Positions 14,888-28,910 of a DNA stretch of 64,000 bases are shown here, piece after piece. Under the pieces are notes generated by a model. It did not search any database, was not told the DNA's origin, and saw only the letters and a list, made by a program, of their open reading frames with translations. Within the stretch, counting starts at the first letter, position 1. Each line of letters opens with the position of its first letter. Source of the DNA: Chrysomallon squamiferum. Lineage: Eukaryota; Animalia; Mollusca. The translations under genes were made by a program, and so were the position numbers. The stretch is taken from positions 14,570,001 to 14,634,000 of the forward strand of contig CM022672.1 of assembly GCA_012295275.1 (NCBI GenBank), read 5' to 3'.

Positions 14888-15376
14888 AAAATAAAACAAA
14901 TCTCAACTGAATCTTCTTTCTGTCTTGAAAACAACACCAAAATACACTAGAAACTTGTCGAAAACCTAGAAATGATTTTTTTTTTTAATTATAACTAATA
15001 TTTTGAGCAATATTTTACATTACAACTGCAGACTAACTGAGGTCTCCGCTTCAGATGGATTGCAATGCTTTTAGCAGTGCTTGCGAACAAGGGTTAGGGT
15101 TTAGACATTTGTTTGTGGTGTCTTAGCCTGATTAATTACCGACGAATGGACAGGGCTATCTTAAAACGTGGATTAGAGATAATAAATAACGAATGTGTTG
15201 ACTACTCTTGGCAGGTTATTAATAAGATTTTCCAGTTCAAGAAACTAAAAGTTTCAGATGGACCACGGGATCATATGGTACACCATATACTGAAGATTAC
15301 ACAAACTATGTTTCATATGTACAATAGCATTTCGATCTTGACCTACGGTTTTTTAATAAGCCCAGATCACCGAAAT

Positions 15377-15412
<36 letters not shown>

Positions 15413-15903
15413 TTTTTGTTTTGTTAAAAAGAGATCGAAATAAAATAAAATAAAATATCTTTCTATGTTTATCGTGTCTAGCATTTTTTTTGTTAAACAC
15501 GTTTATCTCATTAAAATTGTTTACAGCTTACAATAAGTTTCTGTAGATCTTTCTTGAAATGACAATCGTTAGAATTATGACAATGTACCTGTAAGTCTTT
15601 GACGCTTTCCGTCACAGGCGAAAAAGATAGAAAACAAAAAACAATAACATACATCGTGTCCACAGTATCACTACGCTTTCCCGGCCAGTCATTGTTATTA
15701 CGTCATAATCACCATTCAAACTGGCTAATTGTTTTTACGTCATAACGTTAGACACGTGACCACAGTAACCAACTGGCGTCAGCTGAAGCGTAGATATTTT
15801 TTGCGCTGCTGCTACAACGCTCGAATTTTTTTTTTTTTTATTATATTTTTTTCTTCAACTTTTGTTTTAGCACTGTTTGAAATTTTAGAACAGGATTCCA
15901 CTT

Positions 15904-16077
15904 TCAACACATATTGACACCATTTTGGTCAAGCTGTCCATCATCGTAACTGTCTTGACCGTCCAAGTCTTCTAAATCTGACTCCATGTCCTCGGCCTGT
16001 TCCTGTTTCTTCTTGGCTGTAGCCATCTCCGCTGCGTGCTTCTTGCGCCATTTTGTGCGACGATTTTGAAACCAAAC
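15904..16077 (-). CDS. Nkx6: Nkx6 coding exon 3 (homeodomain residues 47-60 plus acidic tail)
   Basis: Acceptor acatttttcag|GTTTGG. Encodes [27 protein letters not shown]...VNMC, with TGA at 15906-15904. [12 protein letters not shown] is typical of NK6. Confidence 0.96.
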   Translation of the reverse strand, partial: VWFQNRRTKWRKKHAAEMATAKKKQEQAEDMESDLEDLDGQDSYDDGQLDQNGVNMC

Positions 16078-16258
16078 CTGAAAAATGTAACGTTTAATAT
16101 TAAACATTGTGTGGATATATATATTCATATATATACAGCTTATTGCTTTTGTTATTGTTGTTGTTACTGTTACTGTTTGTTGTCTATATTATTATTGTTG
16201 TTTTTGTTTCTATTGTTTCTACTGTTGTTACTTCAGCCGTTGTTGTTGTTGTTTGTTG

Positions 16259-16296
<38 letters not shown>

Positions 16297-17878
16297 AAAT
16301 GATGTTTTGTAGCAATAGTTAATATTTTAGTTTAAATAATACATGGGGAAAACTTTTTTTGTTTTAAATTTGTTTATTTGTTTATTTATTTATTTAGTCA
16401 TTCAAATAATTATCAAGTTCTTTTCAACTGAATACTTTGCTAATTTACTTAATAATAATACTTATAAACTAAAAGCTTAACACTTTTAGTAAGCATACGT
16501 TTTAGAAAAACAAAATGAATTATATACATTTAATTTAAAATATTATTTTATTTTATTTTATTTTTTTCAAACAGATAAAATATAAAGACTTTTCTTTAGC
16601 ATTTTGTAGCTTTGGGTCAGCTGAGCCTTTCAGTACGCTAAATTTAAAAAAAAAAAATAATAATATTACAAAGAATTTTAAATAAAAATATCATGTTGAA
16701 ACAACAAATCAGCGGTAGTAAAAACAGTTATTACAACAACTAATGACACTGATTAGAAATATGCTGCTTACAGATACAAATCTTTTCAAATGAAAATAAA
16801 TATTTATTTTGGAAATATACAAATTTAAATACCGTGATTGCTACTTATTTTTCACATGACATTTCTAACACTGCAAAGTTTTAAAATCATTATTTAATCA
16901 TTTTGTTGACTAGTCTGATCAAATCTGTCTGCAAGGATGAATTAATTCTACACGGACACTAAGACATTCTGTCTCATCTTGACCCCCTTCCAAACGGACG
17001 GTGTATTTATATTGTCTTTATTTTAAAACTCCAGACGGACGCTGGACAGCCTTTGCCGGACAAGAGACTCTGTTTGTTTCTTCAGACGATGAACGCCAAT
17101 GAATAAATGAATGCTGAATGAAGGCAGCACTCGAAAATGAAGATAAATCGTGTCAGCCGGTGCGGCGTGCAAATACAGGATATCGCGGATATAGTTTTTA
17201 TACATCAGGCATTTAACTCCATTTATCATCTTCTTGTTTTATGAGGCTCTTCGGATGCGTTAGGCGGATTGCCGCTTAATTAGACGGAGTTTAAGACTCT
17301 GATAAAGTGCTTGAGAAGACAGTGAAAATGCAATTCGCGTCAAATCCAAAATAAACCCTTGCTAAATATTTATTGCCTAACAACGCGAGACAAAACCCGG
17401 ACGGAACCATCCCGGTGTCCTCACCTTCGCGGGGTCAGTGGTGAAGAAAACAGCGAGCTGGCCGCTCAAATGACCATAAAAAAAGCTGTCATGGGGCTGT
17501 AAAAACAGAGCGCGTATTGCGATACAGTTTCATAGGAGCTGGTTTGTAATGGTGCGCCATGCTCGGCTTTTTAATGTTCCCAGCCCGGATTTCAAACTGC
17601 CGTTATTTCTGGCGTAACAAAAAGCGCACACCGCAAACAGTCGCAACGAAATAACAATTACGTCCTGGCACGAAGCTCGGTGTCTTGCCACATTAACACC
17701 TTCGCCTCAGTAAATGGGACTTACACGTACGATCCGGGAGATGTCGTAAACTTAATGCTGCAGTAATAGGACGTAGCTAACGTCGTAATTTTTCACTTCA
17801 AAGCGACTTCGAGAAGAAACGCGAAACTCGGGGCAGTCAAGAAATTTACGAAAATTTGAGAAGAACGTGAATTAAAAA

Positions 17879-17920
<42 letters not shown>

Positions 17921-18715
17921 CTGAAGGAAGAAAAAAACAGATGAGAAAACTCGAAAATCAAATACCGTGGAAAATAAAAGTCTGTCTTTAACTGCGCAGA
18001 TATTTTACGATTTAGTCATACCGCGCGTACAAAGCCGTTTGTTTTGTGTTATTTAAAACTCATTTTTAAAAGTTTTCCTGTCGCAGGAAAAGCGTGGTTG
18101 CAAACAGGGTAGTTAAACTGTGATGCGAATTAGCCATTAATTTTACGAGTTGTTGAATCTTATGGTAATGATATCACGCTGTTTCAAGATGCGTATATAT
18201 ATTTTTTTATTAATGTCGAAATCATCCTGTTTGAGAAAACTGTGAACGTTCACTTCAAAAATTGTTTTAGTGTTACGTAATATTACTAAAAACGTGGTCT
18301 TATTTAATAGGATGATAAATATATATATATATATTTTTTTTTTGGTAAACCTCTGTGATATTGTCATTTACCCGATTTATTTATTTATATATTTATTTAT
18401 TTATTATTTCTTTTTTCTTTCTTTCTTTCTGTTTTTACTTCTTTTTTTTTTTGTCATTTAAAACAAAACAAAGAAACAAACAGAAAAAAGGAATGAAAAT
18501 AAAAGTAGTTTCAACCATAAACGATAACATTTATTACTACTGTTACTTCAAATAGTATTTCATTATTATTTCATTACCATCATAATCATTATTGTTATTG
18601 TTGCTGTTGTTATTTGTTTTTTCTACTACTGTAATAAGCATATTTATTCAACAAAATACATCTACTGCCATTACTATTACTACTGCTATTATTAAAAATA
18701 TTACTACTACTATTA

Positions 18716-18790
<75 letters not shown>

Positions 18791-20225
18791 TGGCAAACAA
18801 TCTGCTATCGATGGTATAACTTTTATTATCTTAAAAGAAATATATATATATATATATATATCGTATACTCTCTTTTTAGGTCAGTGGATCTCACTATTTA
18901 TTTTATTTATCATCCGTTAACTTCATTAAAAGATAGAAGCCATCATTAAAAACAATTATCACCTTCCTGTCCACTTAATACAGTTTTAATAATTATGGAC
19001 AACTGCGTGAACGCCGACACACAAAATGTGACCACACAACAACAACAACAACACACGACGAACAAACAGCGAGCTTCTCGCTAAAACGGGCCGTTTTTTT
19101 TTTTTTTTTTTACGACGTCGTTATAAGAAAACGATTTGAAAACTTTAGCCATTTTCGTTTAGTTTTCTGCCAATAGCCCCCGATTCGTTTCAATACAGAA
19201 ATGCAAAAAGAAAAAGAAAAAAAAAAAAAAAAAAAATGTAAAGCTGCAGTCATGCCAGGTGTTACCTGTTAAAATTAATGCTAATTTTGTTCTATTCGCC
19301 CGGTCACCTTGTCCGATTACAAAAGACAGCAATTGATCGCTGTTCCACGGTTATCAAGCCAATAAGCAGTAATATGGATTCTTTAGTATCAAGGATATTT
19401 TCTCCTTTTCTTTTGACACTCTCTCTTTTTCTTTATAATCTTTACAATTCACACTATACAACGTGAATGAAGAAAAAACCTATATTACTTCTGTAAGGCA
19501 AATCATTCTTTTGCAAAGTGAGTCGCCCACCCAGAAGAAATTGACATAATAAAAAAAGATAAAAAAAATAATAAAAAAAATAAAAGGTATCGTTGTGATA
19601 CATTTCAAGCAAACTGACATAATATAGAGATATTTGTCAGAGGACAGAAAGAAATCGACATTAGTGTTTGATTTAGAAATGCTGGGGTCATTAAAATCTA
19701 TACGTAGACAATAGGAGAGCAAGTGGCTTGTCAGTGTCGGTTTGCAGAGGCAGTGAAAGACTGCGCCATAAAGTCGTGATCGGAATATCAAACAGTGTAA
19801 ATGTTTACGCTTATCCGAGACGAAATAAACACTGTTGTGTGTTATTAAATCGCCTAATCCTGTTTTGTCCTGTCTTTACTCGTTTGTTGTTGTTTTTTTT
19901 AATCCTCAGTTCCAAGAATGGCGATACACAAACTGGACTGCCCATATTTTTGCCGACCAACGATTTTTCAAAAATTATTTATGTAATGTAAAGTAATATA
20001 TTATTACATTATATTATATTATATTATATTACATTATATTATATTACATTATATTATATTATATTATATTATATTATATTATATTATATTATATTAATTT
20101 CGTCTTGAAAGATAAATACACCATTTAAGGTACACATTCTTTTCTTCATAATATTTTTAAAAAGACAAAACTCTGTGCCAATCTGTTTACTGGTTTGAGC
20201 CTACTGGAACACACAGTGTGAAATA

Positions 20226-20271
<46 letters not shown>

Positions 20272-20657
20272 ACATTTCAAAATTATACAGAGAATAAACT
20301 TCTGCTGAAAATTAATTACACACTTTCCATGAATGTGTTTAATAGTATCTACATCTGCATTTTCGAACCTTAGCGTGATATTTGGCTGCGTGATATAGTA
20401 GTAGTAGTAGTACGTATATTCTGTATTCAAAATTATATATATATACATTTAAAGCTTAAACGGACATAAAAATGATCTTCAGCCTACAAAAGATTAACTG
20501 TGGAAACTACATCAAAGTAAATGACCTGTCAACACGACACTGTATTTTAATCTATATTTTATTCTCCGCTTAGCAACATAAAAATCTTCAGTAGCAATTT
20601 ATTTTGTAAAAAAAAAAAAAAAAGGATTTAAACATTATATCTTGATGGCACTGGGAG

Positions 20658-20688
<31 letters not shown>

Positions 20689-21424
20689 TCCATTTTTCTA
20701 TATGCTACATGAAGAAGTAACAATTTTTATAGATTTCCAGATCAGCGGTGTGGATCTGCTGAAACGATTAACTTGTACAGGTGTGATGTTAAAATGAAAT
20801 CGGTTTCACCTTCGTCATCACGTGCCCGCCGGCGCGAGACTAACATCTTTTGGTTAATGTAACATTAATCCGGCAATTAGCAATTACATATCTTTTACAC
20901 GTGTATATGTGAACAACTGTTATTTGGGAACATTAGCAGTTTCGTTTTTTTTTTTTTTTTTTTCCCCGTCATCTGCTGTGTTTGGGAAATAGATTAACAA
21001 GACGTTAATTTTGAAATTTTTTTTTTTTTTTTTTTTTTTTAATTTATGTATTAATTTTTAAAAACCTTTCTTTCTTTATTTATTTTATTATTATTATTTT
21101 TTTTAAATTTTGTTGTGAAACGGTGTTGTATATGCATACATATATTATATATAATGAGAGAAAGTGAGAGATAGGTGTATAGATAGATATACAGACAGAG
21201 AGACAAAGAAGTAGACAGGCTGATAAACAAGCAGGCAGGCAGGCATACAAGTAGGAAGTAGGTAGTATGCAGAAGTAGACACATACAAGTGCATAGACAA
21301 TCTATCAGACAGATACACAGATAGGTGGACAGACAGACATCAATTATAACACAGGGCCAGGCATCAGTAAAAAGCAAAATGAATGGCAAAGAAAATCAAA
21401 GGTCGTGAACAGATTTTTATTCTT

Positions 21425-21460
<36 letters not shown>

Positions 21461-21587
21461 TGGCATGTGGCCTTTATGACACACAACCATCTATAAACTG
21501 TAACCGACGTGATTAAGAAACAGACAATCCAAAGTTTCTACGTACACCGCACTGACAAGTTCTTAACATGCAAAGCAGCCAGAGGAG

Positions 21588-21619
<32 letters not shown>

Positions 21620-22863
21620 AATTCCTGTGAAATTGAAAACTCAGTAATAGACAAATAAGAAAGCTGAGACATTCAAAATCAATTACAAGTGAAATCGACA
21701 CCAGCAGACAAAAGGAGAAAGTAGAAATATCTTTTGATAGGTTTTAATCGAGTGTTAAGAACTTTTTACAAGCTGAGAACACATTTGTGCGACTCGGGTA
21801 ATGAGAGGCGCAGGGAAAAACCTCTCCGCCTTCTCTCTGGGTGTCTGAGCGAAACAGCTCAAAGATTTCCTACACAGACTCGATAAACTGTTCACCATCA
21901 GACACAGGAACATGCGTAGCTGCATCAGTATCCTGGCTCATTTGTTAATAGTAGCTGTTAATATGTTTTCTCGTCTCTACGTGGAAATTATTCAGAATCA
22001 TTTTGTCGTTTTCATATTGGGGAAAACCGCCTTGCAATTATTTTTCCTTGGGCCGCGTACATTTTGATAGTAATCTTCCTCGAGGGTGGTCCACTTCTGA
22101 TATCGCCCACAGGCCGAGGACGCTGGGCAGGCGATTAAACGACTTCAAAAAACAATATGGACTTAACAAGCGCGTCTGACAAATCGTTTTGCCTGTAAAG
22201 TCATAAAACGACCACATGCGTTTTGCGAAAACGATTATAACAGAAGTGCGAGGCATGTTGTTGTAACACACATTGCAGGCATAAATCAAACACACCAATG
22301 ATACACGATAGGCCGAGAAAAGCTAACCAACAAACAACTTCCAGCTCGAGCCCAGACAGCGAGCTGAAAGCGAGTATTTGTTTTAAATCTTTCATTCCGC
22401 CGTCTGGACCCCGGGGTAGGGGCAGTGAACCCCGACCTGAAGGGGGCAGACCACACCGGAGGGGCTAAACTGTAATCGTCATGATTCGCTCGAATAACGT
22501 GTCAAAGGAAATTGATTTGTTTTTCTTTGTTGGTTTGTTTAGAACTTCCTTTTGCCTTTCCCTGAACTTCGCCGTTTCTGATGAATGTGCACAACACTCG
22601 GTACCGTTATCTAGATTTGCACATTTCGCGTTCTCCGTGAAGGTAAATAAATACACAATGCAATAAACATCCGAAATGTACATGATTTACTCTTCTTGAC
22701 GAAATACGAGTTAGAAATACACGTACTACTACTTTTTTTTTTTTTTTTTTTACCGGTTCGATGTTGGACGGTAGTATGTACAAAACACACTTACACAGAC
22801 GTACATTCACAAACACACACTGACAGTAAAAATATTAATGTATCTATTGCGTTATTATTTCTT

Positions 22864-22992
<129 letters not shown>

Positions 22993-23233
22993 CAAGCAAG
23001 AATGAATGAATTACTGGCTTACTAAGCTAAATGTAAATCATACCTAAGCTGATTTTTTGTTTTGTTTTTGTTTTGTTTTTACATTTTTCTGTTCATACTG
23101 CCGCAAATAAATACGAATAAAAGTAAGACTTCACTCATTTGCTTGTTATATTATTCTCAAACTTTATTATTAGCAAAGCTTTATGCCTTGCACCCGCACA
23201 CTTGGAAATAATTATAGTAAAATGTGTTTATTC

Positions 23234-23303
<70 letters not shown>

Positions 23304-24063
23304 GTATATTTGTATTCTTTAACATAGACTGAAACATTAACATTTATTCAAAATGAATTTCAGTGTTATTATTCTTTAAAATCTATTGTAGGATTAATAT
23401 TCTTCAAAATACATTATAACATGAATAGTCTTTTTTTTAAATTCGTAGTAATGTGAATATTATTTAAAATACATGCTAATATCAACTTTCCTTTAAAAAA
23501 AAAAAAAAGTAAAAAAAAAGTAAAAAATTAAAAAAAAAAGTAAATATTTTATTTTGTAAACGGATTACATACGGACGATCCGCTTCACGGAACGAAAACG
23601 GTCGAACAAAATATCGGTTTCAATAATCGATTTTTCATCTGCATGTCTTGTGAAAAACCGTGTTTATTAATATTACATAAGTTCCTCGTATACGCGATAA
23701 CGATTATTTCATACCAACATTACCAATTGTCAACAAACTGTTTAACTTTATTTTACATTTGCTTTATTAATATTCGAGCCATTATGGGCGCAACAGCGTG
23801 AATGGGGACAATTAAATAAGGAAATACATCAATTTTATTATCGTGTTGTCAAAAAGTTGCAAAAAGAAAGGTTTTAATTATGCATCAGTTGATTGATAAG
23901 GTCGCGACCCGAGTAACAGATGGGCTTGGTCGAATCAAAAACAGTCTTTTATCTACCAATATCAACGCGACTTTTTCTATTGCCCCGACAACTGAAAAGG
24001 AAAAATTCAATATTGTGCGTCTTTACAAATATATCCGAAACGAAAAATTAATATTAATTGTGT

Positions 24064-24101
<38 letters not shown>

Positions 24102-24366
24102 TTGTTGTTGTTGTTGCTATGACTTGTACTTATCAGCATCGTCATCACCATTATCATCATATTCTTCTTCTTCTTCTTCTTCTTCATCTTCGTAAATTTA
24201 TATACGGATGTTTTTGTTTGTGTTTTTTAAAGAAACCTTTCATCTTGAAAATTATTTTTACCAAAATCACGATGACCCCTTTCCTAGAAATGCTAGATCC
24301 ACCTCGGTGATGATTGTGATGATGACGATGATGATGATGATCATGATGATGTTGATGATGATGATC

Positions 24367-24402
<36 letters not shown>

Positions 24403-24812
24403 TTCCACTGTTAATTTCCATTGTTAAATCTTATTTTCAAACTGATTTCAGTGTCTTACGTCGAATGAAGAAGTCTCAGCACATGTCAGAGTTGAAAAGA
24501 CTTCAAACGGCGGACAAGTTACGTAACGACTTCGTACAAACGGGCGGCACGTGTTCAGCGGAGGCGAAAACGCCGCTCGCGCAATCTCGCGGGAGTCAAG
24601 ACGGGAAGTGACAACTCAATTTCAGATTTGTCTTTGGTGCTCCGCGCTCGCTTCACGGATCACGGCCACTCAACCGTGCACGGACTCGAACACTTTGTCG
24701 GAATTAAACTTTATCTTGGAGAAAATGAAATTAATATAAAAGCGAAATAAAATTTCATTAACAAGAATTGAATATTTGATGACTTCCCGTCGCCGTGCAG
24801 TGGGCAAAAGGC

Positions 24813-24850
24813 GGCCTCGCTTTGAACAACTGGCCTCGCTTTGAACAACT
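24813..24850. repeat. Perfect 19 bp tandem duplication
   Basis: ggcctcgctttgaacaact twice. Confidence 0.95.
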
Positions 24851-25009
24851 GCCCGAATCTTGTCTTCGCCTCTTTAAAGAAATAATTTTTCCAGCTGGAT
24901 GCGCACGGCTAATTATGGCTTAATGGTCATCTCTTGTTTTCAATTATGCCATGGGTATTCATTTCATTTTCCTCTCTTGAGAAACAGATTATTAATAGAA
25001 AACGTCCTG

Positions 25010-25049
<40 letters not shown>

Positions 25050-25280
25050 CATGGAAAAGCCGCGGTGCATGGAATGGTTTTTTGGCTTCTTGAACTCGCA
25101 GTTTTCAGTCATTTCGTAAACGACAAAGTTCAAGCGGTTTTAATCATCACATTTAGTCTGAGCTATTATTTCCTTTCTTCTCTTAAATTAAAAAAATAAT
25201 AATAATAATAATAATAAAAGCGTGCTGAGCTCAAAGGAACCCGAGTTCACGGCTACGGAATGTTGCACAACTGTCCGAAA

Positions 25281-25330
<50 letters not shown>

Positions 25331-26769
25331 TGTTCGCGAGCGAACTGCTACAACATCGATGGCCGTGAAGTGCAACCACATTCCTTTCGCATCCTTTACC
25401 ACTGCTAGATTTGATTTGCTACGGTCTGCAGAATTTAATCAGTGCAAGCAAATCAAATAATTTTCTTTTCAAGAAGAAGCCATAAATTTTACTAATTATG
25501 TTTTACGCTTGTCACGAAGTCGCACGGAAATGTTATAACAATTCATCAAGTTTGCGAGAAGAGGTTTTCAAGTAAATAAACACGCAGAGTGTCTCTATTA
25601 TTATTCGAGACCAAAATGTCAGCTGCGTAAAAAAGAAAGAAGAAAAGAAGAAGAAGAAGAAACTATGGTCTGTAGTAATTTTTACCATTGAAGAAAACTA
25701 TAACGTGGGGGGTTTATTTTTGGTTGTTTTTTGTTATTGTTGTTGTTGTTGTTGTTGTTGTCGTTGTTGTTTTTGTTTGTTGTTGTTGTTGTTATTTTAG
25801 TTTTTTTAATCACTTATTACTACTACTGCAGAAACAGCTTAATAACTTTTCATATAATGAACAATCTTCAGCCTTACTTTATGGATAAAATGTATAATAT
25901 ATATACATACATATATATATATATATACAAACATATTATATAAAAGTGAGTGTCTTAACATACATTTTTGTCATGTATTTTGTAGCACTTTTTTAATTTA
26001 AAATTTTTAAATTATAATTTTTCATTTTTAAATTATAGTATTATATTAAGAGCACAGAGTCACCACTAATTTCGTTTACTTCAGCAGCCTATCCGTATTC
26101 GTATATTGATCAATGTTTCCTAATAATAAAGTATAACAATAAAATGTTTATACTATCACGGAATTACATGAATATCGCCATATTTTCGCTTTGTTAATAA
26201 ACAGGCGTGACGTTATTTGATAGACTGAGGTGGTTTATATTAACTGTATCAGTTTCACGCCTTTCAGTCAGATAAGTATTCAACTGTAGTTCATACTGAA
26301 AGTGACGGATGCTGTGTGCATACATTACAGTGATCTGTGGTGTGTTACTTAATATCGCTTCGTATTTCATTCTGTTGTACTGTATGCTGTTTTACAGTAT
26401 AGTGTTCTGTTTGCGTTGCATTGTGCTGTGTGTTGTGAACTGTTGTGTTGTATTCATCTTACATTGTATCGTGTTGTGTTTTTATTGTACTGTAATGTAT
26501 TAACAATCGAAAAGCTGTTACATTAATAAATAATATTCCTTAATAGACGCATAAATTATTTAATCGCCTTCTGATCGTTACTCTCAAACTGCAAGGTTAC
26601 GATAACTCACTAAACTTCAGCTACATAAATAAATATTAAAACCCTGAGTATCAAAGAACCGAACGTAATTCGTATTTACCTTCCAGATAATTTAACCTGT
26701 AATTTGCATTGGCCTGAAATACAACTTACACTGACCTTGTTGGGGAATATCGTTTCAAAAATCGAAGAT

Positions 26770-26800
<31 letters not shown>

Positions 26801-27226
26801 GTGTGGCGTGACATGACACTGAATTCGAACATAAACCCGCAAAGCGCGTTATTTCTGAGCATCAGTCAATTGTGTTTAGCGGGTTAGTGTCACGCTGTCT
26901 TTGTCAGTGACATTCAGCTGCTTAGCCCAGCTGTGTCACTTCCCAGTACTGTTATTTAGTCGACATTGTCTGTAGATAGACTTTTGCGCTTTCTTTCTTT
27001 TGGTTATTTATGACCAGTTCGTTTCCTGCTCTTTCTTTTGTTTTTCAGGTGAGAGATTCATTGATTTCACAATGGTAACGAAATAAACTGGATTCAAAAA
27101 AAAGTATTGTGTTATTTTCTACACCATATTTGTTTATATTTCCATGCATGCATTCATTCATTCATTCATTATAATCTGTTGTAGTGGTATCACAGGTTGT
27201 TTTCGCTGTAGTAGTAGTACTGTTAG

Positions 27227-27345
27227 CAGTGGAGTCCTTCCTCATATTATTTCTCAATACTTTGCCGTGTACTTGAGCCTGTGTGGCATACAATGAACGA
27301 GTTGCCCCCCCCCCCGGGGCATCACGAGACCTCTGCACGCCACTG
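27227..27345. mobile_element. Candidate short non-autonomous TIR element (MITE remnant)
   Basis: Ends cagtggagt...acgccactg are 8/9 inverted. Flanks are ctgttag and ctattag. The interior is GC-richer with a poly-C run, within AGT/AGC low-complexity DNA. Confidence 0.35.
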
Positions 27346-27716
27346 CTATTAGCAATAGCAGAATAAACAGTAGCAGTAATTGTGGTAGCAGTGGTCGGAT
27401 TAGTAATCGCTCAGTTCGCGGTCATTATGTTATATTTATTACTACTGGTATCATTCGTATTGTTATTGTTGTAAACACTAAACATGAACAATTTTAATAT
27501 CTTTTTTTTGTTAAAAGACAACAATGCAACTGAAATAGCGTTCACCGAGCAGCATTTGTTTCCTCAATTCTGTATACGATAAATAACTCAATAATATATA
27601 ATCTACACCATACTGCGTAACTGTAACTTGAAATATACTTAACATTTTTTATAGTTGTAGTATGTATTCAGAGAGACGCATACCTCTATACACAATAGTG
27701 TGACTATAAAATTACA

Positions 27717-28045
27717 GCCAGTCTTGCATTGTCCAGAAACAAAATGGACTGTAACTAAAAACGGTTATTGTAAGCACTAAAATATAAATTAAATTTTGTT
27801 TATAGGAATATTAAAACATATACACTGAATAGATTCTTACATCGCCAGTCTTGCATTTCCACGAAATAGCAATAGACTATAACTAAAAAATATATAAAAC
27901 AGTCACTGTCAATAAATACTAAAACACAATTATCATCTCTTTTTTTTTTTTTTATAGTAAGTATTAAAATATATACACTGAATGGATGTTTTGGGTTTTT
28001 TTATTATTATTTTATCGTCAGTCTTGCATTCCCCCAGAAACAACA
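27717..28045. repeat. Degenerate tandem repeat, 130-170 bp unit, about 2.2 copies
   Basis: g(c/t)cagtcttgcatt at about 27717, 27844 and 28016; tattaaaa.atatacactgaat.gat occurs twice. Confidence 0.8.
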
Positions 28046-28454
28046 TAAAATGTATAATAACATTTCAGCGCATGGATGCGCCTTATTGGTCGGCGTTCTT
28101 TGAAGTCGTAGACAAGTCTTTATATCAAAGTCACTCCCGAAGCTCGCCACGTGAATAACATGAAGTCCCCGTCTTACAGAAAGTGGCACACCTCTCACCA
28201 TGCTTTAGTGTGCTTAATTCTCCAGTTTAAATCCCATCTCCCCTCGTTGATGATGAAAGGCAAGGCATTACGATCCCATTATCTTGTACGTCGTATCATC
28301 GTTTGACTTCAAGGTGGCCCCGCCGGTTGTTGTTAACAGGTGATAACCACACCTACCTATCTATCTATCTCTGTGTGTGTGTGCTTAAACAAATCGCGTT
28401 TCCTGCCTTGTTGTTAGTGTTTCAGATGTTCACGTCGGCGTTTGCTGTTTGTTA

Positions 28455-28825
28455 TAATGACCGTTGATGATATCGATATTGTTGTAACGAGCAGAGATAG
28501 CGTCGATATTTTTGTAGCGATTATTGTTGACGTCGATAATCTTGTAACGATTATCGTTGATGTCGATAATCTTGTAACGACTGTTGATGAAGTCGATATT
28601 TTAGTGATACTGATTGTTGGTGTTGGTTTTGACGTGAATAATTGTTATCTCAAGATTAATGATAATGTCAATATTTTTGTGAAAATAATTGCTGCTGTTA
28701 ATGTGGATAATTATTATGGATATCGATATTCTCGTAACGATCGTTGATAATGTCGATATTTTTTATTGGTGTTGATATAAATATTTTGTAAAGATTAATG
28801 ACAAGTTTTGTTGTAATCATTGTTA

Positions 28826-28860
<35 letters not shown>

Positions 28861-28910
28861 GCTACAGTGTTGTGTAACAATTCCTGATGATGATGTCGAT
28901 ATTGTTGCTA
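28455..28910. repeat. Degenerate ~30 bp minisatellite
   Basis: Recurrent gttgat..tgtcgata(a/t)t.ttgtaacga. Confidence 0.75.

Noticed and set aside
15090-15104. agggttagggtttag telomere-like sequence
   Set aside because: Only about two units, which is insufficient for an interstitial telomeric array.
26996-27015. Resemblance to the miR-9 5' sequence (ttttggttat)
   Set aside because: It diverges after about 10 nt and no complementary star arm is visible.
28442-28747. Val/Asp repeat ORF
   Set aside because: Translation of the degenerate 30 bp minisatellite.
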